Of a stretch of 64,000 nucleotides of DNA, positions 12,332 to 22,919 are shown in pieces; the first letter of the stretch is position 1, and every line of letters starts with the position of its first letter. The notes beneath the pieces are model-generated. The model had not been told where the DNA came from. It saw only the letters and a list, made by a program, of their open reading frames with translations, and searched no databases. Source of the stretch: Cetorhinus maximus (taxonomy: Eukaryota); NCBI RefSeq assembly GCF_964194155.1, contig NC_135888.1, positions 50,344,001 through 50,408,000 on the forward strand. The letters run 5' to 3'. Position numbers and translations under genes: made by a program.

Positions 12332-12401
12332 CTTCCAGATAGATTTTGTTCCGCAATTGCAGTATCTGGTCGCGGCTGTTCCATTGTTTAAAACACTCCA
12401 T
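12332..12401 (-). CDS. Probable first coding exon of a CCDC183/ODAD3-family coiled-coil gene (MECFKQWNSRDQILQLRNKIYLE-G)
   Basis: gggATGG start, 70-nt CDS ending at donor AAG|GTAACC, CpG-rich context, TATA-like TTTAAAA upstream. Resembles the recalled QIxELxxKIxLxE motif. Downstream of and co-oriented with TMEM141, as CCDC183 is in human. No further exons found in the window. Confidence 0.5.
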
Positions 12402-12720
12402 CCCCACAACACAAACAAGCGGCTAAAACACACACCGCTCCCCTCCCGCTGCTCGACTGACCGACAGCCGCCTTCCTCTGCCTTTTAAACCCGGCTCGCC
12501 TCACACACCCGCTTTGTGACCGGACAATAGCCGGCGACTAGGGGCGCGCTAGGGCCGGGGCACCTGCCAGAGCGCGCTAGGGGGCGGGGCACCTGCCAGA
12601 GCGCGCTAGGGGGCGGAGCTGCTTCCAGAGGGGGCAACGGGGCGGGGCTCCAGCCAGGGAACGCCAGGGGGCAGGGCACTTGCCAGAGCTTGCAAGGGGG
12701 CAGTTATCCAGCCAGGGCGC
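12402..12720 (-). promoter_or_regulatory. CpG-rich promoter: TATA-like element, GC boxes and clustered CTCF-like cores
   Basis: TTTAAAA on - at about 12483-12489; GGGGCGGGGC boxes; repeated CTAGGGGGCG / CCAGGGGGCAG. Confidence 0.55.
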
Positions 12721-13610
12721 TGCCTTCTTGAGCCGCTGCAGCCCATGTGGTGTAGGTACACCCTCAGTGCTGTTAGGGAGGGAGTTCCAGGATTTTGTCC
12801 CAGCAACAGTGAAGGAAAGGTGATATATTTCCAAGTCAGGATGGTGAGTGACTTGGAGGGGAACTTCCAGGTGGTGGTGTTTGCATGTGTCTGCTGCCCT
12901 TGTCCTTCTAGATGGTAGTGGTCGTGGGTTTGGAAGGCGTTGTCTAAGGAGCCTTAGTGAGTTTCTGCAGTGCATCTTGTAGATGGTACACACTGCTGCT
13001 ACTGGGATTTGATGTTTTAGGTGTTGGATATGCTGCTAATCAAACAGACTGCTCTGAACTCATTGGTATTGAGCTTATTGAGTGTTGTGGGAACTACACT
13101 CATCCAGGCAAGTGGGGAGTATTCCATCACACTCCTGACTTGTGCCTTGTAGATGGTGGACAGGCTTTGGGGAGTCAGGAGGTGAGTTACTCACCACAGG
13201 ATTCCTAGTCTCTCACCTGCTCTTGTAGCCATGGTATTTATATGGCTAGTCCAGTTCAGTTTCTGGTCAATAGTAATCCCCAGGATGTTGATAGTGGGGG
13301 ATTCAGTGATGGTAATGTCATAGAATGTCAAGAGGAGATGGCTAGATTCTCTCTTGTTGGAGATGGTCATTGCCTGACACTTGTGTGGCGCAAATGTTAC
13401 TTGCCACTTGTCAGCCCTGGACATTGTCCAGGTCTTGCTGCATTTGGACATGGACTGCTTCAGTATCTGAGTCCCAAATGGTGCTGAACATTGTACAATC
13501 ATCAGCGAACATCCCCACTTCTGACTATGATGGAGCAAGGTCATTTATGAAGCAGCTGAAGATGTTGGGTCGAGGACACTACCCTGAGGAACTCAACCCC
13601 CAACAATCAC
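12720..13610 (-). mobile_element. Crack/L2-like (CR1-group) LINE, 3' part; continues at 19071-19207
   Basis: WQVTFAPHKCQAMTISNK..TIDQKLNWTSHIN in ORF 13191-13544, plus the shared 3' UTR. Clade label is tentative. Confidence 0.75.
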
Positions 13611-16156
13611 TGTTACATACCCCAGAAGAAGAAGAGGAACAGTTACCTTTTAAAAAGCAAAGGTTGGGCCCTTGTAGTTGGGAACTATGGTTCCTGATGG
13701 GCCTCTGTGGTTTCTGCGCATATGCCGGCCCTGGAATGGCTGCACGTGCGCAGATCATTCCTTTTTGCAATCTTTGGCTTCTGCAGGAAAAGAGTGAATA
13801 AAGTGAGTGTTGGTCCTCTAGAGAGTGAGAATGGGAAGTTAATAGTAGACATTAAGGAAATGGCGGATGAAATGAACAAATACTTTGCTTCTGTCCTCAC
13901 TATAGAAGATACAAAAAACATTCCGGTAATAGTTGTAAATCAGGAGGTGGAGAAGAGAGAGGAAGTGGTGAAATTACAATCACTAAGGAAGTGGTACTGA
14001 GCAAACTGATGGAGCAGCAGCTGACAAGTCTCTGGGTCCTGATGGACTTCATCCTAGGGCCTTAAAGGAGGTGACTAATGAGGTAGTAGATGCGTTGGTG
14101 TTAATTTTCCAAAATTCACTAGACTCTGGAAAGATTCCATCAGGCTGGAAAGTCGCAAATAAAACCCTTGTATTCAAGAAAGGAGGGAGGCAGAAAACAG
14201 GAAACTGTAGGCCAATTAGCTTGACGTCTGCCGTGGGGAAGTTTTAAAGAGGTCATAGATGGGCACTTAGAAAAGTTCAAGATAATTGGGAAGTCTAGTT
14301 TTATGAAAGGGAAATCATGTTTAACCAATTTATTAGAGTTCTTTGAAGGAGTAACATGTGCTGTGGATAAAGGGAAGCCTGTAGACGTACTGTACTTAAA
14401 TTTCCAGAAAGGAGTTGATGAGATGTCACATCAAAGGTTATTGTGGAAAATAAAAGCTCATGATGTAGTGGTAACATATTAGACTGAATAGAAGATTGAC
14501 TGGCTGGCTGGCAGAAAACAGAGTATGCATAAATGAGTCTTTGTCTGACTGGTAGGATCTGACAAGTGGAGTCCTGCAGAGGTCTGTGCTGGGGCCTCAA
14601 CCTTTTACAATTTACATCAATTACTTAGATTAGGGGAGCAAAGGCATGATAGCTAAATTTGCAGATGGCAAAAGATAGGTAGGAAAGTTTGTTGTGAAGA
14701 AGGCATAAACATTTTGCAGATGGATATAGATAAGTTGTGAGTTTGCAAAAATCTGTCAGATGCAGTATAATGTGGGAAAATGTGAAGTTGTTCAGTTTCG
14801 CAGGAAGAATAAAAAAGTAGAGTATTACTTAAATGGAGAACAACTGCAGAATTCCGAGGTACAGAGGGATCTAGGTGTTCTCGTGCATGAATCACAAAAA
14901 GTTAGTATGCAGGTACAGCAAGTAATTAAGAAGGCTAATGGGATGCTATCTTTTATTACGACAGGAATTGAACATAAAAGTAAGGCATGATGCTGAACTC
15001 TTCTTCCGCCGTCTTCGTCTCCGTGCTCACTTCTTTGGGCAGGAGTCCTCTCCCCGTTCAACGGATCCTTTTACCCACCTCCAATATTCTCCCTCCACCT
15101 GGACCCCTCCCTCTGGATTCTTACCTTCTCTTGATCTTTTCATTGAGAACTGTCGGCGTGACATTAGCCATCTCAATTTCTCTGCTCCTCTCACCCATTC
15201 TAATCTGTCTCTCTCTGAACTTACTGCACTCCGTTCTCTCAGGTCCAACCCCAACATTGTCATCAAACCCGCTGACAAGGGTGGTGCTGTTGTTGTCTGG
15301 CGCACTGACCTCTACCTCGCGGAGGCTGAGCGTCAACTCGCAGACACTTCCTCCTACCTCTCCCTGGACCATGACCCCACCACAGAACATCAAGCCATTG
15401 TTTCCAGGACTGTCACTGACCTCATCTCCTCTGGAGATCTTCCTCCCACAGCTTCCAACCTGATAGTCGCCCAACCTCGGACGGCCCGCTTCTACCTCCT
15501 ACCCAAAATCCACAAACAGAACTGTCCTGGCACACCGATCGTGTCAGCCTGTTCCTGCCCCACGGAACTCATTTCTCGTTATCTTGACTCCCTTCTCTCT
15601 CCCCTTGTCCAGTCCCTTCCCACCTACATCCGTGATTCCTCTGACACCTTACGTCACATCAATAATTTCCAGTTCCCTGGCCCCAACCGCTTCCTCTTCA
15701 CAATGGATGTCCAATCCCTCTACACCTCCATCCCCCACCAGGATGGTCTGAGGGCCTTTAGCTTCTTCCTTGAACAGAGGCCCGAACAATCCCCATCCAC
15801 CACTACTCTCCTCCTTCTGGCTGAACTTGTTCTCACATCGATAATTACTTCGGTGCTGCTTCATGCTCTCGTCGGGACCTGGAAAAATTTATTAATTTTG
15901 CTTCCAATTCCACCCCTCCATCATTTTCACATGGTCTATCTCTGACACTTCTCTTCCCTTCCTTGACCTCTCAGTCTCAATTTCTGATGATAGACTGTCC
16001 ACCAATATCCATTACAAGCCTACCAACTCCCACAGCTACCTCGACTACAGCTCCTCACACCCCGCTTCCTGTAAGGACTCCATCCCATTCTCTCAGTTCC
16101 TTCGCCTCCGTCGCATCTGTTCTGATGACGCTACCTTCAAAAACAGCTCCTCTGAA

Positions 16157-16903
16157 ATGTCCTCCTTCTTCCTTAACCGAGGTTTTCCACCCACGGTCGT
16201 TGACAGGGCCCTCAGCCATGTCCGGCCCATCTCCCGCGCATCCGCCCTCATGCCTTCTCCTCCCTCCCAGAAACATGATAGGGTCCCCCTTGTCCTCACT
16301 TATCACCCCACCAGCCTCCGCATTCAAAGGATCATCCTCCGCCATTTCCGTCAACTGCAGCATGATGCCACCACCAAACACATCTTCCCTTCACCCCCCC
16401 TGGCGGCATTCCGTAGGGATCGTTCCCTCCTGGACACCCTGGTCCACTCCTCCATCACCTCCTACTCCTCAACCCCCACCTATGGCACCTCCCCATGCCC
16501 ACGCAGAAGATGCAACACCTGCCCCTTCACTTCCTCTCTCCTCACCGTCCAAGGGCCCAAACACTCCTTTCAAGTGAAGCAGCATTTCACTTGCATTTCC
16601 CCTAACTTAGTCTACTGCATTCGTTGCTCCCAATGCGGTCTCCTCTACATTGGAGAGACCAAACGCAAACTGGGCGACCGCTTTGCAGAACACCTGCGGT
16701 CTGTCCGCAAGAAAGACCCAAACCTCCCTGTCGCATGCCATTTTAACACTCCACCCTGTTCTCTTGCCCACATGTCTGTCCTTGGCTTGCTGCATTGTTC
16801 CAGTGAAGCCCAACGCAAACTGGAGGAACAGCACCTCATCTTCCGACTAGGCACTTTACAGCCTTCCGGGCTGAATATTGAATTCAACAACTTTAGATCT
16901 TAA
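16157..16903 (+). CDS. Penelope linker plus GIY-YIG endonuclease
   Basis: CxxxxCxxC linker, NLVYCIRCSQCGLLYIGETKRKLGDRFAEH, C-terminal PSGLN. Confidence 0.85.
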   Translation: MSSFFLNRGFPPTVVDRALSHVRPISRASALMPSPPSQKHDRVPLVLTYHPTSLRIQRIILRHFRQLQHDATTKHIFPSPPLAAFRRDRSLLDTLVHSSITSYSSTPTYGTSPCPRRRCNTCPFTSSLLTVQGPKHSFQVKQHFTCISPNLVYCIRCSQCGLLYIGETKRKLGDRFAEHLRSVRKKDPNLPVACHFNTPPCSLAHMSVLGLLHCSSEAQRKLEEQHLIFRLGTLQPSGLNIEFNNFRS

Positions 16904-17271
16904 ACTCCCCCTCCCCCCATCCCCACCCCGTTTCTTCCCCCTCCCTTTTTTTTCAATAATTTATATAGATTCTTCTTTTCCCACCTATTTCCATTATTTT
17001 TAAATCTACAACTAATACTTTGTTAGTCTTTCCACCCCACCCCCACTAGAGCTGTACCTTGAGTATCCTGCCATCCATTCTTAATTAGCACTTTTCTTAG
17101 ATAATATCACCACCTTCAACACCACTTTGATCATTTTGTCTGTGACATCTTTTGATTATCTGCTCCTATCACTGCTTGCTTATCCCTACAACCACCCCAC
17201 CGTCAACTTCTCTCTCCCCCCACCCCCCACCCTAGACCAGCTTATATTTCACCTCTCTCCTAACTATACTT

Positions 17272-17312
17272 CAGTTCTGCCGAAGGGTCATGAGGACTCG
17301 AAACGTCAACTG
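17272..17312 (+). ncRNA. Minimal type I hammerhead ribozyme motif in the Penelope 3' UTR
   Basis: CAGTT-CTGCCGA-A-GGGTC-ATGAG-GACTC-GAAA-CG-TC-AACTG: stem I, core, stem II, palindromic stem III. Confidence 0.7.
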
Positions 17313-20310
17313 TTTTCTTCTCCACCGATGCTGCCAGACCTGCTGAGTTTTTCCAGGTAATTCTGTTTTTGTTTTGGATTTCCAGCATCCGCAGTAGCTT
17401 TTAGCTTTTTGTTTTTATAAAAGTAAGGGTGTTATGCTTCTGTTATACAGGGCGTTGTTAAGACTGCATCTCGAATAGTGTGTGCAGTTTTGGTCTCCTT
17501 ATTTAAGGAAGGATGTAAATATGTTGGAGGCGGTTCAGAAGAGGCTTAGCAGTTTGACACCTGGAATGAGTGGGTTGTCTTATGAGGATAGGTTGGACAG
17601 GCTGGGCTTGTTTCCACTGGAGTTTAGAAGAGTGAGGGGTGACTTGATTGAAGTATATAAGACCCTGAATAGTCTTGACAAGGTGGATATGGAATGTATG
17701 TTTCCTGTTCTGGGTGAGTCCAGAACAAGAGGGCACAGTTTTAAAATTGGGGGTTGCCTGTATAGGACAGAGATGAGGAAAAATCTTTTCTCTCAGAGGG
17801 TTGTGCAACTTTTAGAACTCTCTGCCTCTGAAGGCAGTGGAGGCTGGGTCACTGAATATTTTTAAGGCAGAGGTAGATAGATTCTTGTTAGATACAGGAA
17901 TCAAAGGTTATCAGGAATAGATGGGAATGTGGAATTCGAAACATAAACTGTTCAGTCATGATCTTATTGAATGGCGGAGCAGGCTCGAGGGGCTGAATGG
18001 CCTACTTCTGTTCCTCTTTCGTTTGTTCATAAAGCTAGCCCTGAACCTGCGCAGAAGGAAAACAAAACCCCTAAAGTGAAACAGTGCAGAAAGTGGGTCA
18101 GGTCAACCAGAAAAGAATGCCATTACACCAAGAGGACAGAAACTAGACACGAGAGTGGGAGCTGCAGGGAGCAGATTTCCCAGAAACCAGGAAGTGGGAC
18201 AGAAGTCCCAAGAAGACAGTTAAGCAAAGGAACAAGAACAGGAGTCCAAAACAGACCCTGTTCAGTGAAGTTAAAGTAAGGAGCAGAGGAAAAGTCTCTG
18301 AATTAAAGAGAGAAAGCTGCTGGGAGCAGAATTAAGGCAAATTGGGCTTGCGAGAAGCCAGAAGACCCGAGGAGACAGCCAAAGGTTGATGGCTGCTTAC
18401 TATGGGGCTGTGAAGTAGTGGTCTTCTGTTGGCACAGCTGAGTTTCAGAGTGTGGAGAAGTTTAAATACACATGGCAATCCAGGGGAGGAACTTCGGAGG
18501 GAGAGATCGAAACTTGGGAGATGGATCCTTGTTGGAGATGTCCAAGAGAAAGTGTTGTTTGGGAGAAGATTCCAAGGTGAGCTCTTGAAGAGTGGAGATT
18601 GGAAACCCTTGTGTGAAAGATGGAGTTTCTGTGAGACCAGTTGGTTCACAATCTGATGAGTGCCTGGGGGGAGTTGATGAGAGATTCATAGGATCTGCTT
18701 TGGGTGGCATCTGTCACTTGATCTTGGAGTGTGGTTTGTCCAACCACAGGTCGACTATTGGTTATATGGACTGCATACTTACTGTGAGCGTTAAGAGCAT
18801 AAGGTAGATTTTGTAACTTGTGTTATCTTCACAAATCTGTCTATATCTGTAAAGGTATAGTTGTGATTGAAGGAGTAGTGTAATATAGTTATTTTTTCTT
18901 CTTTAATAAATGTTTTATTTGTTTGTTAAAAGTTCATCAGCAGGCTCCTGTAACTGTTCAGTAGCCTCCCTCCATGTTTCTAAACAAAAAAGGAAAGTTA
19001 GGATCTATCGAGCCAGGTTCCACCTAGGGATCTGACTTGTCCAGTAGTACCATCAACTGGGATCATAGCACCACAATCCTTTGTGCCAGGTATGACTCCA
19101 ACCAGCAGTTATTCCCTGATTCCCATTGGCTCATTTTGCTAGGGCTCCTTGATGCCACACTCGTCAATTGCTGCCTCGATGTCAAGGGCAGTCACTCTCA
19201 CCTCCCCCATATTGAATAGTGCAGCAGGCTTACAGACCATATGGTCTTCTCCTGCTCCCATTTCTTATGTCATCTAACCACTCACTGCATAAAATGGTTT
19301 TCTCATGTCACTATAGCTTCTTTTGCCCATCACCTTAAATCTGTGTCCTCTGGTTCTCATCCCCTTATGTTGCTTTGATGGCAGGAGCAGTCTCTCAGGT
19401 ATATTCTGAAACCTAGCCCATGTCCTATCTGAATGAGGTGAAAAGTGTCTGCCCAACATTAGGACAAAAATAAAGGGGAAGAATAAATGAGCAGCACATC
19501 TCTTGTTACATGAAAGTTGAATAGTAGAGAAGCTTCCTGCAGGATTGTAATGCATTTATTCAATAAATATTCTAGTTTGGAAGTTTGACAGAAACTTAAG
19601 TCAGGACTCCACACATGAGTATAGCGGTCAGTTTCGCTGAAAGTCACTGTCAAAGATTTTAGAAACTCGAATTAATCTTATCAATAATGAGTCCAGAAGT
19701 CTAATATTAACAACTTTATTGGGAAATAGAAGATTTACCTTCTGTTCTATCTTACATCAATCATAGCAAATGTGCAAGTCCCGTGTTCAAATTAACTTAC
19801 ATTAGGTTAGCCCAACAGAGTGAAGGGTGTCCTAAGATTAATCTCCAAAGTCTTAAATCCAAGCTGTACCATCCTTAAACTAGTATACACTCACTTTTTA
19901 TATCCCCGGTCTGTAACACACCTACTTTTCGTTACAGGATATGATGTAACTGCAGCACCGTTTGCTATTTCCATTGTTTGAATGAGGGTCCACAGGGAAT
20001 TTGACTGGCACTGTACTTTTGACTTAAATTTCATCCTTTTTCTCTTCATGGTTGCTCTGGTCAGCACTTTGCCATAATACTTCTGTATCCATAGTCATTT
20101 CACTTAAAAGTGTGTACACTCCTAAAGTAATTTGATACAATTGTCATTTAAAGATCTACTGTCCACAGGAAATAATTAATTCCTACATTAGCAGTCTTAA
20201 ATTGCTCTGGCTGTTTATTCTGCAAATAAATATTCTTGACAAGTGCTGTACCATCTATATTACTTACCATGACATGTTTTGCTCATGTCAACTTTTAATA
20301 CTTTACCACC

Positions 20311-20568
20311 ATATCCCCTAGCCCTACAGTCACAGTGGTAGGGAGGTAATATCCCCTAACCCTACACAGTGTAGGGAGGTCATACCCACTAAGCCTACAG
20401 TCACAGTGTAGGAAGGTCATATCCACTAAGCCTACAGTTGCAGCGTAGGGATGTTATACCCCCTAACTCTATAGTCACAGTGTAGGGAGGTCATACCCCC
20501 TAAGCCTACAGTCACAGTGTAGGGAGGTCATATCCCCTAAACCTACAGTCGCAGCGTAGGGAGATCAT
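20311..20568. repeat. About 36-bp minisatellite, about 7 copies, each with an internal hairpin
   Basis: CCCCTAAGCCTACAGTCACAGTGTAGGGAGGTCATA; CCTACA/TGTAGG stem. Confidence 0.9.
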
Positions 20569-20852
20569 AGCTCATCTGAAGTATTGTACTGAACATCGTA
20601 TTGTTTCGGACTTCACGCCTCATGAAGGTCTTGGAAAAGGTACAGTGCAGGTTCACCAAAATGATATCAGGGCTTATGGACAGGTTGCATAAACTTGGGC
20701 TGTCTCCCTTAAGTTTGAAGTTGAGGGTAATCTAATTGACAGTCTTCAACTGATTAAAGTATTTAGTAGGGTAGATGATGAGAAAGTACCTTCTCCAGTG
20801 GGGGAAATCAATAATGCAGGGATATGATCTTAAAATTAGAGCTAGGCTGTTT

Positions 20853-22120
20853 AGAATCATAGAATAGTTACAGCACAGAAAGAGGCTATTTGGCCCATCA
20901 TGTCCATGCTGGCTTTCTACAAGAGCAATTTACTTAGTCCCACTTTTCCATCTTTTCCCTGTAGCCCTATAAATTGTTTCTCTTCAAATGATCCAATTCT
21001 CTTTTGAAAGCCACAATTGAATGTTTCCACCACACTCTCAGGCAGCATGTCCCAGATCCTAACCACTCGCTGCATAAAAAAGTTTTTCCTCATGTCACTG
21101 TTGTTTCTGTTGCCAATGACCTTAAATCTGTGTCTTCTGATTATCAAACCTTCTACCAATGGGAACAGTTTCTCCCTATCTACTCTTTCCAGAGCCCTCG
21201 TGATTTTGAACACCTCTATCAAATCTCTTCTCAATACTCCTTTCTCCAGGGAGAACAACCCTAACAATCTATTTACGTAACTAAAGTTTCACATTCCTGG
21301 AACCACTCTTGTCAATCTGCACCATCTCAGATCCCTTCCTAAAGTGTAGTGCCCAGAACTGGACACAATGCTCCGTTGGAGGCTGAACAAGTGTTTTATA
21401 CAGGTTTATCGTAACTGGAGGAACAGCGCCTCATCTTCCGACTAGGCACTTTACAGCCTTCCGGACTGAATATTGAGTTCAACAACTTTAGATCGTGAAC
21501 TCCCTCCTCCATCCCCACCCCCTTTCCGTTTCTTCCCCCTCCCTTTTGTTTTTTCCAATAATTTATATAGATTTTTCTTTTCCCACCTATTTCCATTATT
21601 TTTAAATCTATACCTTTTATGCCCTTTTAGTCTTATTTCACCCCACCCCCACTAGATCTATCTGTACCTTGCCTGTCCTGCTATCCATTCTTAATTAGCA
21701 CATTCTTTTAGATAATATCACCACCTTCAACACCTCTTTGTTCTTTTGTCTGTGACATCTTTTGGTTATCTGCTCCTATCACTGCTTGCTTGTCCCTACA
21801 ACCACCCCCCCCACCCCCCACCTTAAACCAGCTTATATTTCACCCCTCTCCTATTTTTACTTAGTTCTGTTGAAGGGTCATGAGGACTCGAAACGTCAAC
21901 TTTGTCAGTCAATACTCCGCCGATGCTGCCAGACCTGCTGAGATTTTCCAGGTATTTCTGTTTTTGTTTTATCATAATTTCCTTGCTTTTGTACTCTATG
22001 CCCTTATATATAAAGCAGAGAATCCCGTATGTATTATTGGTAATTGCACTCTCAACCTGGCCTGCCACATTGAATGATTTATGCACACATACTGCCAGGT
22101 CTCTCTGCTCTTGCACCCCT
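20853..22120 (-). mobile_element. CR1 3' fragment interrupted by a Penelope 3' end
   Basis: LGLFSLEK..RDLIEVFK (20917-21267) and GIEYKSKEIM (about 21970-22010). Confidence 0.82.
21415..21967 (+). mobile_element. Penelope 3' fragment, same family as 14986-17416, with hammerhead at 21863-21901
   Basis: Closely matches 16820-17390; TSD TTTATCGTAA / TTTATCATAA. Confidence 0.9.
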
Positions 22121-22124
22121 TATT

Positions 22125-22480
22125 TTTTTCATCATTTTTCCTGGGACATGGGCATCGTTGGCAAGACCAGCATTTGTTGCCTATCCCTAACTGCCCTTGA
22201 ACTGAGTGGTTTGCTAGGGTATTTCAGAGGGCATTTAAGAGTCAACCACATTGCTGAGAATCTGGTGTCACATGTAGGCCAGACCAGGTAAGGATGGCAG
22301 ATTTCCTTCCCTAAAGGTCATTAGTGAACCAGATGGATTTTTGCAACAATCAATGTTAGTTTCATGGTCACCATTACTGAGGCTAGCTTCATATCCAGAT
22401 TTATTAATTGAATTCAAATTCCACCAGCTGCTGTGGTGGGATTTGAACCACTGTCCCCAAAGCATCAGCCTGGGCCTCCC
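22125..22480 (-). mobile_element. tRNA-derived SINE with a Crack/L2-like LINE tail
   Basis: B-box GGTTCAAATCC on -; 3' end GGGCAGTTAGGGATAGGCAACAAATGCTGG matches the LINE tail at 9520-9590. Confidence 0.7.
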
Positions 22481-22734
22481 CCTCTGATTTCCATGATAGA
22501 ACTTTCCAGGGTTTTCTGGGGGTTTTCCAGGGTGAATTCACACTCATGTATTTTGAACCCTGACTAGATAATGTATCAACATATGAGTCAACACCTTCAG
22601 GAAGGGATAACTAGAGGGACAGGCACTAAAGTGAAATAAAAACGATGCAGAGTCTGAGCTGCTGTAGTGCAGGGAACATTTTTTACTCCTGAACAGTGCT
22701 TCAATAAAGTGAAATACATGACTCCACGCAGCGT

Positions 22735-22817
22735 TTAATCCATGATATCCCCATACTGAGTTTTCTTTCCTCCAGTGTCAATGTTTTCCACAGAGTCAGT
22801 CTTCTGATTCTTTGTAC
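22735..22817 (-). CDS. TMEM141: TMEM141 last coding exon (GTKNQKTDSVENIDTGGKKTQYGDIMD*)
   Basis: Acceptor TTCTTTTTGCAG|G; phase 1 matches exon 4; open to TAA. Longer than the recalled human C-terminus. Confidence 0.75.
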
Positions 22818-22919
22818 CTGCAAAAAGAATAGAATTATAGAACCATACAGCACATAAGATTATTTGGCCTATCCTGCCTGTGCCAGCTCTTTAAATGAGC
22901 TAAACCAATATGAGGAGTG

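Larger units (their letters stand above)
14986..17416 (+). mobile_element. Penelope-like element (RT plus GIY-YIG), 5'-truncated, 12-bp TSD
   Basis: KPADKGGAVVV, FYLLPKIHK, DVQSLYTSIP; VYCIRC..LYIGET..RFAEH; TSD ATAAAAGTAAGG at 14974-14985 and 17417-17428. Confidence 0.95.
13785..18030 (+). mobile_element. 5'-truncated CR1 LINE interrupted by a Penelope element
   Basis: GPLESENG, MNKYFASV, QRDLGVLVHES..EHKSK before the insert; QFWSPYLRKD..RGDLIEVYK after it. Confidence 0.88.
13611..19070 (+). mobile_element. Solo LTR (about 1.2 kb of own sequence: 13611-13784 and 18031-19070) split by a CR1
   Basis: Termini TGTTACATACCCC...GGGATCATAGCA (imperfect inverted repeat, TG..CA); 4-bp flanks TCAC/CCAC; AATAAA near 18905; the host LINE resumes at 19071. 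Confidence 0.65.

Noticed and set aside
13660-13720. LGPCSW peptide resembling the stomatin N-terminus
   Set aside because: Similarity is only a few residues, there are no convincing splice sites, and it lies inside the solo LTR.
14938-15000. Start of the 335-aa ORF as a true Penelope N-terminus
   Set aside because: The first 16 codons are CR1 and TSD sequence upstream of the 5'-truncated insertion.
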